Below, piece after piece: positions 13,538 through 24,251 of a stretch of DNA of 63,814 bases (within the stretch, counting starts at the first letter, position 1; each line of letters begins with the position of its first letter). The notes beneath the pieces are model-generated. The model saw only the letters and a program-made list of their open reading frames with translations, was not told where the DNA came from and ran no database searches. The DNA lies in assembly GCA_002633005.1 (NCBI GenBank), contig NMRA01000159.1:701520-765333 (forward strand). The letters are read 5' to 3'. Origin of the DNA: Phoronis australis (lineage: Eukaryota; Animalia; Phoronida). Both the position numbers and the translations under genes were made by a program.

Positions 13538-14248
13538 AATTATTAAGTTCAGTGCTGAAGGTTATTAAGTCACTATACTTTATTCAGATTTACAAAGTCT
13601 GTGGTTGGTAGTTGTCTGATTTGATAGTATTTTGACGTTTTGTTTTGAACCTTTTTTCCTCAAGTTTCTTTCTATATTTGTGTTATTTCAAAAGGATCTT
13701 TAACAGAACCAGTACATTTTTGTAGTGTTTAGGTAGATTTAAGTGGCCATACTAAGTGTCATTGGGCAATACTTACATACAATTTTCTGACCAATGAGTA
13801 TTTTAAATGAGAATATATGTTTATGAGTATTGTAGAAATTGCTTTCATATTGTTGTTGATTTCCTGTGAGAGACTGTTATACTATCAATCAGTCCTAAAT
13901 ACATTGTTTATGATTCAGTGATGATTTAGTCTAATACATTCCAAAAGTGATTCGTTGGAAATGTTCAATGGACTTGTTTTGATGATTTCCCTATCAATAA
14001 TTTATATATTTTTGTAAGACCAATTATGAGGTAAAAAATTTAGAAAGAGATTGAAATTTTTCATCAAATTGTTTAATTTAACACCAACAAAATTTGAAAT
14101 TCATGGCAACATGTATTTTCTATTCAGACAAGTACTTGCAGGAAGTAGAAAGTTATTAAGCCTTGGTACAACACCACAGCAATTCAGAAAAAGTATGGGT
14201 TTAATTTATACACTGACAGACTGTATTGCTTAAAACTAAACTAACTAC

Positions 14249-14385
14249 CTTTCACCATGTTTTAAATTCAGAAACAGCTTTGGGTACTCATGACGACAAA
14301 CACTTCCAAATAAACATTTTTCATCTAACTTTGCTGTCCTTCCTCTAGCTCGGATCATATTTCCTGCATGAAAGTCACTACAGTC
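14249..14385 (-). CDS. KDZ transposase exon (CRH/HGER core motif)
   Basis: ccag|DCSDFHAGNMIRARGRTAKLDEKCLFGSVCRHEYPKLFLNLKHGER|gtagtt. Confidence 0.8.
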
Positions 14386-14994
14386 CTGGCAATAAAAACA
14401 TTACACCATAAGTCACAAAGAATAACCAAATTTACATATTGATGAGAGATATATATGTTTATCCCATACGCGTTGAACCAGTCAAGGGAAATATGGCCAT
14501 GTTACAATGTTTTCCGTATTCACCTCCCACACAACTTCAACAGTGACCTCGGCAAGTTCAAAAGATAGGTCAATGTTGACTCGACATCAATAGATGGTTC
14601 GATCATCAAATTTTCGGAAAAATCTGGCGAAAAAATGAAAGAAACTTCGGTCTTGGTCGATAGGTGGAATAATGTTTTGTGGATATTCCTTCATCAACAC
14701 CACTCTTGGTACGTATTGTGTATATGTTCATAGTCAATCAAAAATCAACAATCATTTGAAAGAAGATGCAAAGAAATGTTTTGGCATATTTAACAACCAT
14801 CGGAAGTGAATTAAATCTCAATTTACATGCTAAGAATTGGAAATAATAAATCCAATTTGAGTGCCGAGAAACCCTTTTCAACAGTAAGTGGCCTGAATCA
14901 GAAGTTGTTCTCTGGCAAAAGGTAATGGTGTGCTGCACCTTGAAAATTCATCATATAGGTACAATACATTGAAACTGACCAAAACATTACTCAC

Positions 14995-15165
14995 AGTAGG
15001 ACTGCATTCTTCAGAGTAATATTTTATATAGGTATCCACACACACTTGGTCAATGAAAAATTTCTTGACATGCTTGGGAGGTGCATCACTTTCACCAGCT
15101 GATGTTTTACGAACTAGGCCAAAGTTGCCATCAATTGAATACATGGAGACTGCATTATCACAATC
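14995..15165 (-). CDS. KDZ transposase exon (first catalytic Asp, DGNF)
   Basis: tttcag|DCDNAVSMYSIDGNFGLVRKTSAG...FIDQVCVD...|gtgagt; 171 nt, phase 0. Confidence 0.8.
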
Positions 15166-16853
15166 CTGAAATTCAGAAATGGAAAACAATAATGTGGAAT
15201 TGTTGGCAAACAAATGGGAGGGAGCAAAGTTGTTAGTGACTAGGGCAGGCGGATTGGTGGCGTCCCCACCTTTTTGATGAAAAATCACAGATGCAACTAA
15301 AAAAAATGCTGGCCTACAGTACCTTATCAACAAGTCTTTGTAATTGATGTGTATCAATAAAACTTATGTTTCTAAAGCATAAAAAGTCATGATGACATCT
15401 CAAAAGCACTGTTAGTTTTGTAAACTATTATTTTTTACACAACTTTAAGAGATTTTTTCATATTAATTTGTAATGTGTTTGAGGAATAAATGATGAAAAA
15501 AAGAATAATAAAAAATCAAAATAAATAAACTGAACATAAGCAACACACAAGTTCAACCATGCACAAATCCTAGACAACAGCAATACATTTTGAGAGTTGT
15601 CCTATTTCACATTTTAACCTTACTTTGCTGAATTATGACATTGATAACCACCTGTCATGAGCTGATCATAAGGAATAGCTCACTTGCGAGTTTCCAATTA
15701 GTCAATGTGACGTCACAAGAAGGAGGGCAAAATCCGCCATATTGTTCTTGTTTTGCTGTGTCTTTACTATAAACGCAAATCTTACTGGAGTTCTTATGGT
15801 TAATTCCACACTTAAAACATTAACTCGATTTAAGGGATAGTAGATGGATCTTGGAATAACTGTGAATGGACGAAGAAAATGTGAACTTGTTATGGTGTGC
15901 GAAGCTGTGAATGGATTGAAATTGGAGCTCGACCCAATCTACTATATGCCTGAATGCCGCAGGCATACAGGGGCGATAGCATATCCCCATAAAAAGTAAC
16001 TCATTTCAAAATACAGCAAAAAATCAAATGAAACATGCATATGTGCACATGGAGTTATAATTAGCACATACTCTTACACTGGATACAATTTAGTCTTCAA
16101 ACAACTTGAATATTTCCATGAAAACCTCGTGGTTCCCTCATGTTTCCCTCACCGGGCGCCACTATGAGGAAGTTACATTAAATCACTTCTGTTGACGAAC
16201 AAAAAGTTCAAGGGACAAAAATCTTACAAATTTCACTGGATATTTTCCCATGCTATTGCGCAATTGTCACACGCCAGATCACGCGCTTTCCTCAGTTTCG
16301 CGCTAGCCTTTGCCTTATTCTCACCCAACTCGGTTATCACGCGCGCAGTCAAAGTTAAGAGTAACCAAAACGTGGAGTTGGAATTCTTCGCCAAAGTCAC
16401 CGGAATTCCCGTAGCTATGCTTCATTGAAGAAATGTTTAGAAGCAGAAAGAATCACTGAAGAAAATAAGCGCCTTTTAGGTGATAATTTCAGGTGTAGAA
16501 TGTATTTTTGATGAGGTGAAAACTTATTCAGTGAGCGGATTTCACCTACTGCCTCTTTTAAATACACGGGACGAAATTAGTACAGAACGCAATGGAATGT
16601 ATTGTAGTGCGAATCTGAATTTCATTTGCCATCACAGATATGTTTGTTTGGCATTAATCATACTAAAAGGTTAAGAACTCGAAGTAAAAACAGAATACAC
16701 TCTGCTCCCGTATCAGGCAAATGGCCAAACGACAAGCTTTTGCCGAACTCTTGTTGACGTCACTGTTAAGTCTCACACAATCTCGCGTTACTGTTATAAA
16801 CTTCGCAAAAGGACTATTGTTTCTTGCCTGTACACAAAAACATTGAAATATAC

Positions 16854-16985
16854 CTGTGGGCAAGCTGGACACTGTGTCCTATCATCACATCGGCCATCAA
16901 CAGTTTGAAGATACTGTTGCCTGTATGAAAAATAACGATATTCCTCAAAACTGTCTCTGCTCAGTGACTTATTGACTTGACTCAC
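16854..16985 (-). CDS. KDZ transposase exon (FEEYRY...CPACPQ)
   Basis: Canonical AG/GT boundaries; 132 nt, phase 0. Confidence 0.75.
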
Positions 16986-17259
16986 CTGGAAGTTAATAAA
17001 AATATGGTCATCATACTTTACTTTTATGACTCGATTTCACACCCCGCCCCCCATTTTCACATTTGACCAAAGTTCTGTGATAAAACGGGACTCACTTCCG
17101 GGTGGCATACACAACTTTTATTGAACTCACCAAAACCTTGACCTGCTTGTTCAATAACTCATGTATAACAAAAGCGTGTATTCATTTTGCTCTAATGTAA
17201 GATCCTAATCAATCTATAACAAAGAGTAAAGATAGCAATAATGAACTTAAAGTCCCTAC

Positions 17260-17486
17260 CAATTTAAAAGGTAAAGATGAGTTTTCTCCAAGCAAATCCA
17301 AAACAGTTCCAAATCCAGACACAGGTATTTGACATTGCATCAGCAACCTTCTTAGCATTTCCATTGTTGGGATAGTAAATGCAACATTTGGTGATGTTGG
17401 TGTGGAAGGCCAGAGACCATATCTCACTAAAGTAACTGCAGCAGATTCACATTCACAAAATACAAATTCCTTGTGGTGATGTCTCC
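17260..17486 (-). CDS. KDZ-associated CxC domain exon (acceptor reads GG instead of AG)
   Basis: GRHHHKEFVFCECESAAVTLVRYGLWPSTPTSPNVAFT...QCQIPVSGF. Confidence 0.75.
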
Positions 17487-18139
17487 CCGAAACAAAAAAT
17501 TATCCTTTACGCAGTTGTTTTTTAGACATCTTAAAATTCATTGTTTTTGAGGAGTTAACTTGGAACTTATGGTCATATTTGAATTATTTCCTCTGCATCC
17601 TTGAAGACTAGCACTTCCAAGTTATCATTAAGATTCAAAAATATGTGAAGATATAACAAGAAATTTATATTGACATACTCAGGCTTACAGACGTCAATAT
17701 ACTTTTTCATGACTTCTAAGAAATGAACTACGGTTGGTGAGAAAAGAACTTCACTTCTTAAAACAAGAGCAACGCAGAGCGTTGAAATGCGCCCACAATT
17801 GCACCACATACAGTATCCTTCTAGGGTTGTTTATTGGTACCATAAAGTGGCTTGTAGAGGGCATATATGTAGTATGTTGTACTTAGCAGAATGGAAAGGC
17901 ATGGTCATTGTCTCAATAGGCTAGGGGCAAAATGTGAGTAATCTTCATAAAACAAGCACATCCTATACACCAGTTGCTTAAAGCACCACAGAAACATAGA
18001 ATTAAAAACAAATTTACCAACATACGAGATTAGCACAGCATTAGAATGCCAGAAACAAATTTCTACTTGGAACTTTTCCTTCATAGTCACGAAGTAACAC
18101 AAAGTATACACCTGAAGACCTATGAAAATACAGAGGTCA

Positions 18140-18690
18140 ATGTAAAATACTAAAATTGCCACTACAGGCAAATACTAAAATTGCCACTAGACACATACCG
18201 GTAATCAGAATCATTGTCAACCGTCCTCTACATAGTAAGCATATACATGCCAATTTTCACAATCATCCTTTGAGCGGTTTGGTTGATAGAGGGGTGGACG
18301 CACAAAAACAGACTCGAAAACACTAAAAATGGCCACTAGGTGGCGCAAACTATGTCGAATCCATCTGAAAACGGAAGGATAGCGTCATCTGACTAATAGG
18401 TGCCTATATACCAAATTTCATGAAAATCCGTTCAGGACTTTTGAAAATACAAAGGTAAGCGTAAAAAACTAAAATTGCCAATAGGGGGCACACCGGTAGT
18501 CGGATCCGTCCGAAAGTTCGCACATGCCGTCCCATTTATGAATGGAACATATGTGCCAAATTTCATGAACGTATGTCAAAGGGTTTTGGAGATAGAGCAG
18601 CGGACGCCGCAAGCCGCCCGGACGGACGGACGGACGGACAGAGATGACGTCATAATGCGTCCACATATAAATATGTGGGCGCATAAAAAT
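18140..18690 (-). mobile_element. Non-autonomous Helentron-type (HINE/pearl-like) element fragment
   Basis: ~146-bp tandem units (CTAAAATTGCCA near 18176, 18323, 18469), a (GGAC)n microsatellite, and terminal hairpin ATGCGTCCACAT...ATGTGGGCGCAT-AAAAA. Confidence 0.65.
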
Positions 18691-19282
18691 GTGTTAAAGC
18701 TTAGCTTCAACGGAATTTTGTTATTTTAGATGTATTGGGCTAACAAGATAAGTCCTAGCAATTCCATAGTAAAATAAGAAAACGTGAGTTCAATCAGGCA
18801 AATGTAAGCCTGTCAAATGATAAGTGAAGCTGCCTTTTCTTGCCACACTGCGTCACCGCGAGATTCCATCACAAACAACAAAAGGTTGTATTGAATAGGG
18901 GACTGACTAGAACACCATTGCGTGCGGGTATTATTGGCAGCTGTTTGAATTAAAAGGTGATTCTCGCGGTGACGTAGACAAAAGCAAGCCAAAACGTCTA
19001 ACAGTTCATTACATTTGGCAATTTATGGCACTAGTGGGCTCAGAGGGATGCTCTTAACATACTGTTGGAACCAAATTTACAGGTATTACCGTTGAAGATA
19101 GGCTTTAATGAGAATGAGACACAATGGGGGCTGTGAGTGAGAAAGATTGTTCAGTCTGCTGTTCCATTAAAACCAGATTATGTGTCTTTAATTGTGACTG
19201 AACAATGAACGGTACCTCCCCAAAATTTGAGCATGCAAGTGATGAATACGATTACACATTTTTGTACTGGAAACAATATAAC

Positions 19283-19388
19283 CTGTTAAGTCCACCACTA
19301 CAATGGTTCCAGTCTTTTGGTGACTTGTACAGATGTGGCCCACTCCTTGGATACTTTCCTCTGGTTGAATGTTCAAGTACATTCCAAT
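19283..19388 (-). CDS. KDZ transposase gene exon
   Basis: tttcag|IGMYLNIQ...HIC...IVVVDLTG|gttat. Phases match both neighbouring exons. Confidence 0.6.
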
Positions 19389-20157
19389 CTGAAAATTATA
19401 ACTTGTTTCCTTCCAAGTTAAAAACTAAAATATGACAATGAATCAAAACTAAATACATGGAAATCCTGTTTTCAATGCTATTCAATCCAATTTTAGATTA
19501 AAAACAGGGTTTCAGCTATAGACAATGAGTAGCCCACTACAACCACGATCATATATAAGAAATGAAACGAAAAAAGACAATTTGCCCTTTATTTATACCT
19601 CTTATGGCATTCTAGGTCTCTGATTAGCCAATGTTTGTGTTCTATTACAGTGCATTCTTTCTGTCTTTCAAAACTATGGACTATTGTCTCAAGCTAAGGG
19701 CCATTGAACATTGACATCTCAAATTACATCCAGTAAAACATTCAAATAATTTCAAATTTCAGTGATAGTAGTACGTTTCTGTATTAAACAGTTGATATCA
19801 TAAAACATATAACCACAATCCCTCATTGTTGTGTTGTGCTCTAAGTCCTAAGGTGTATCTGTTTAGTTGTAGGTCACTAAAGATTGTGATATATTTGCCA
19901 AGTGAATATTTTTCAAATGACGCTGTCGAATTTTATACTGATAGTGTTCTGATGGGTCTGCACTGCTGTTCCCCCCCTCTCGTTGTTACATTATTCTGTT
20001 GTTCCCCAACCGGAGTTTCATGTAACTGGGCAAAAAGAATGGTGAAACATTGGGACAGGCTGACACCAGGACAAAAGTACAGTGAGAATCGAAAACATCC
20101 CAACAAGAGAACATCAGTTGGGGAAATTTGAGTGGGGAACAACCGAATGGGGGAATA

Positions 20158-22217
20158 CCAGGGCCCGGTCTCCAATCTCCGTACTTGGACTCGAATCATG
20201 CTCAAACTCATACTTCATACTCAACTCGAGTACAGACTCAGCTTTGGTGTATTCAATGTCATACTCGAAAAATCTGTACTCGAAATTTCGAGCACGTACT
20301 CAGTTTTCGAGTGTACTCGAAGTGAAGTGTATCTCATCTATATTTCGAGTACGATTTTGAGCAAAAATTTGGAGTCTATGCTCAAATTTCAAGTTTTGGT
20401 ATGGCAGTGTGCTTGAAATCGTACTCGAAAATAAATACGAGCCAGAGAACAAAATATCGAAAGAGAAGCAAGAAACACAGCAAATTTAAAAAAAAATAAT
20501 TTCTCTTACCGTATCTCAGCACTTCAATTTCAGTTCAGAGATAATAGTTTTCATCTTAAATCTTCGTATTCTTCACCTTATTAACCCGCCGTATCACTGT
20601 ATGTTATGGCCGCCATTCTACCTCTACAATTCCTGGCAACAGGCGCATTGTAATCCCTTGTCGGCGAGTCATAACAAGTCGAAAGCAGTTGTGAGAAAAG
20701 TCGTGTGAGAAGTTTGTGCTGCCCTTATTTCGGTATGTGTGCCTACGTTTTGTAGGATTTCCAAAAGATGAGGAGGGGAGGGAAGTTAAAAAAGTTCGCT
20801 TCCCTGTCAGGTACATTTCTCATCGTAACTTATTCATCTACATGTATAATTCCTCAATCCCCAAATGGAATTCCAGATTTTGTTTGCCGATTTCTAAGTA
20901 GACGTCTCGTCCCGTTCACTGCCACTGGTGAACTCTGAATGCCTGCACAAGTATTGTTTTTTAACTCACGTGCCAAATGTCAACTCACTTGATACATCCC
21001 AGTAAAATACAAAGATACAGTATCAAAGTTTGACATCAGCGTAGGCCTACACAGCAATGGGTTTTGTGTCAAGACTAAATTAGCAACAGAGATGTGATGT
21101 GATAAGCTGTTACAAATTTCTTAAGACATTTTCGGGACTGGGTGAGGAACTCAAGAAGTAAAGCTTAGTAATTGCCAAATGTATCAAAGAAATGGCATAA
21201 GAATATTTNNNNNNNNNNNNNNNNNNNNNNNNNNNNNNNNNNNNNNNNNNNNNNNNNNNNNNNNNNNNNNNNNNNNNNNNNNNNNNNNNNNNNNNNNNNN
21301 NNNNNNNNNNNNNNNNNNNNNNNNNNNNNNNNNNNNNNNNNNNNNNNNNNNNNNNNNNNNNNNNNNNNNNNNNNNNNNNNNNNNNNNNNNNNNNNNNNNN
21401 NNNNNNNNNNNNNNNNNNNNNNNNNNNNNNNNNNNNNNNNNNNNNNNNNNNNNNNNNNNNNNNNNNNNNNNNNNNNNNNNNNNNNNNNNNNNNNNNNNNN
21501 NNNNNNNNNNNNNNNNNNNNNNNNNNNNNNNNNNNNNNNNNNNNNNNNNNNNNNNNNNNNNNNNNNNNNNNNNNNNNNNNNNNNNNNNNNNNNNNNNNNN
21601 NNNNNNNNNNNNNNNNNNNNNNNNNNNNNNNNNNNNNNNNNNNNNNNNNNNNNNNNNNNNNNNNNNNNNNNNNNNNNNNNNNNNNNNNNNNNNNNNNNNN
21701 NNNNNNNNNNNNNNNNNNNNNNGGATTACAATGCGCCTGTTGCCAGGAATTGTAGAGGTAGAATGGCGGCCATAACATACAGTGATACGGCGGGTTAATA
21801 AGGTGAAGAATAAGAAGATTTAAGATGAAAACTATTATCTCTGAACTGAAATTGAAGTGCTGAGATACGGTAAGAGGACTTATTTTTTAGATTTGCTGCG
21901 TTTCTTGGTTCCCTTTCGATATTTTGTTCTTTGGCTCGTATTTATTTTCGAGTACGATTTCAAGCACACTGCCATACCAAACTTGAAATTAGAGCATAGA
22001 CTCCGAATTTTTACTCAAAATCGTACTCGAAATATGGATGAGATACGCTTCAGTTCGAGTACACTCAAAAACTGAGTTCGTGCTCGAAATTTCGAGTACA
22101 GATTTTTCGAGTATGACATTGAATACACCAGAGCTGAGTCTGTACTCGAGTTGAGTATGAAGTGTGAGTTTGAGCATGATTCGAGTCTGAGTACGGAGAT
22201 TGGAGACCGGGCCCTGG
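20158..22217. mobile_element. Foldback DNA element with ~500-bp TIRs, inside a KDZ intron
   Basis: 20158-20656 is the diverged inverted repeat of 21723-22217. Termini CCAGGGCCCGGTCTCC; many ACTCGA/TCGAGT subterminal motifs. Confidence 0.75.
21209..21722. other. Assembly gap
   Basis: Run of N. Confidence 1.
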
Positions 22218-22391
22218 TCAGCCCAGATCTATGGCCCTGGACATGGAACATTGATTGAAGTATTTATGAACATCTTACATGTGCACTAATTCAGTTTGAG
22301 TTGAATACTGAACAAAACTACAATATGCTGCACCATTCTGAATCTTAAACCTATACAGCTGGGACTGGCGAGTTGTCAAGTGCGTACAAAC

Positions 22392-22642
22392 CTCTTTAGA
22401 CCAACTCATCGGAGCATGGAACTGTGTTATTTTGTGGTGTTTGATATTACAATCACTACAGAAATATGCTCTGTGGGAATAATCCTGGCACCAAATAATG
22501 TTGTCTTCATGAATGCCACACAAAACACATATATACGACGCTGGACGAAACACTGTCTCAGTGTATATTTTGAGCATGTGATCTCTAGCAGAGTCCCAAG
22601 CTTCGACCAACTTTCTATTATTTGCTCTATATCTTGAGACAC
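22392..22642 (-). CDS. KDZ transposase N-terminal Cys/His-rich exon
   Basis: ttttgcag|VSRYRANNRKLVEAWDSARDHML...CVLC...WCQD...FCSDCNIKHH...FHAPMSWSKE|gtttgt. Confidence 0.7.
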
Positions 22643-24029
22643 CTGCAAAAACAAACGATAAAATCAGAAATTATGTAGGTATAAGCTCATTAACTCAGTA
22701 ATCAAAGTGGAAAGGCTAAGTAACCTAGTGACTGTTGTAAAAACTCATCATTAGACTAAACTTAAACACTGCTGTGATGGGGTTCCTCAGTTTGATCCAA
22801 AAGCAGAAGGCTAGAATTACACACTGAATCATATAAAGACAGACTTTCCTTCACAAGCTTATTGCTAAGAATATTGTGAACTAAGGAAATACCATTGATA
22901 TACTTTCCTGCATTTCCAGTACCATTTCTTCATCATTTGTATTCATTGATGAGCAAGTAGCTTGTTTGTACAATCTTGCAAACAGGGAGAGCACGTGATG
23001 GAATACGCACACCTTTATTTCGTTTACGGCCTCTGGACACCACTGTAGTGGTGAAAAGTATTGGTAGTTTTCTCTTGCGGCCTAATTTGACTTTCTGAAA
23101 TGTATGAAGATTACATAAATGCACTTGAGCAGAAAAGATTTTTGCAACAAATATCAGATTCAGGGATTTTCCAAGCACTACACAATCCAAATTAACTGAA
23201 CAACTTTTCAAGGACACTTTTGTAGTTCCTCCGAATCAACAAATTTCATGTGACCATGTTTACCTAGTTTTCGGTTACTTCGATTTCAGAAGAAAGCAAA
23301 TGCTGTTCTTGAAAGAGTGATGGGGATGTTCATCTTACTCGGGTGGATATTTTTGCCTCTTGGGAATAATCTTGGGTAGATATTATAAATAACTGTAGTA
23401 TAGGCATGTAACAATGCATTGGGCATGACCAGGTTAGGTATAACTTGAAGTTTTGGATTTAAAGGGATCACTCGGTTACTAATTCTGGTTTGATCAGATA
23501 TATAGAATGTCTAGATTTCAATTGAAGTTCACATGTATGATTGTGTGGTACCCTCGCCATGACCAAAGTAGAATATATAATTTAGTAATTCCCAACCTGG
23601 GAATCGTTCATAGAGTCGAACTGTAAACAATAACCAGAAGTACTCTATGGGAAGATCATCCCTTTGCTAAATATGCTGATTGTAGTACATTGTCAAGATT
23701 ACCCTGATTACCCAGCCTGGGAAATCAGCCACCCAAATCTAGGAGCAATATCAAAATGTATATTACTTCTAGCCCAAATGAAACTGGAAATCGTGCTGTA
23801 ACTGTTGTGAAGCGTGACTTCCGGTTGTCACGACACGTACAGTCAGATAAAGCCTCTCTAAGTCGCTTACCAAGTGGCAATTGCCTCTTGGCCGAATGGT
23901 TCAGATGCTTGACTGTTGCTCGTGCAACCCGGGTTCAAGTCCCGGTCATCACGAAATTTTCTACATTGGCTCCCAACCCGAATGGTTTAGATGCTTCACT
24001 GTCGCTCGTGCAACCCGGGTTCAAGTCCC

Positions 24030-24182
24030 GGCGTGCGTTCAGTAGACACTGGGACCTACGCTAGGACCTATCTAAAACCTAGTCAAAGTCACGTGTTCTC
24101 ATTTAAAATACACCACAATAACTCACGTAATCTCGCGAAGTCTTGCTTTTTAGCGAGGTCCTAGCGTTACTGAACGGGAGGC
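24030..24182 (+). mobile_element. MITE family M1 copy nested in the TRIM
   Basis: Direct similarity to 6764-6914. Confidence 0.7.
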
Positions 24183-24206
24183 AGGTCTTACCCTCTCCAT
24201 CCGCCG

Positions 24207-24251
24207 CTCTTAATCTCAGGGTCGTGGGTTCATGCCCCACGTTGGGCGCCA
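24207..24251 (+). pseudogene. 3' half of mature tRNA-Lys(CTT) including CCA (retro-copied primer)
   Basis: CTCTTAATCTCAGGGTCGTGGGTTCATGCCCCACGTTGGGCGCCA matches the conserved metazoan tRNA-Lys(CTT) from the anticodon loop to CCA, except two T-loop bases. The 5' half is absent. Confidence 0.85.

Larger units (their letters stand above)
14249..22642 (-). mobile_element. Multi-exon KDZ (Kyakuja-Dileera-Zisupton) transposase gene with N-terminal CxC domain, 3'-truncated
   Basis: Six phase-compatible exons: 22642-22392, 19388-19283, 17486-17260, 16985-16854, 15165-14995, 14385-14249. Motifs C..C...C.D.....C..C....H.....FH.P..W; CECE...LVRYGLWPSTP...AF; CPACP; SIDGNFGLVRK; CSDFHA...KLDEKCLFGSVCRHEYP..FLNLKHGER. 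Confidence 0.85.

Noticed and set aside
21110-21798. Long ORFs across the N-gaps (also 4856-5245)
   Set aside because: Artefacts of translating N.
23884-23953. Functional tRNA gene
   Set aside because: A and B boxes are present but the acceptor and anticodon stems do not pair properly. It is part of the LTR.
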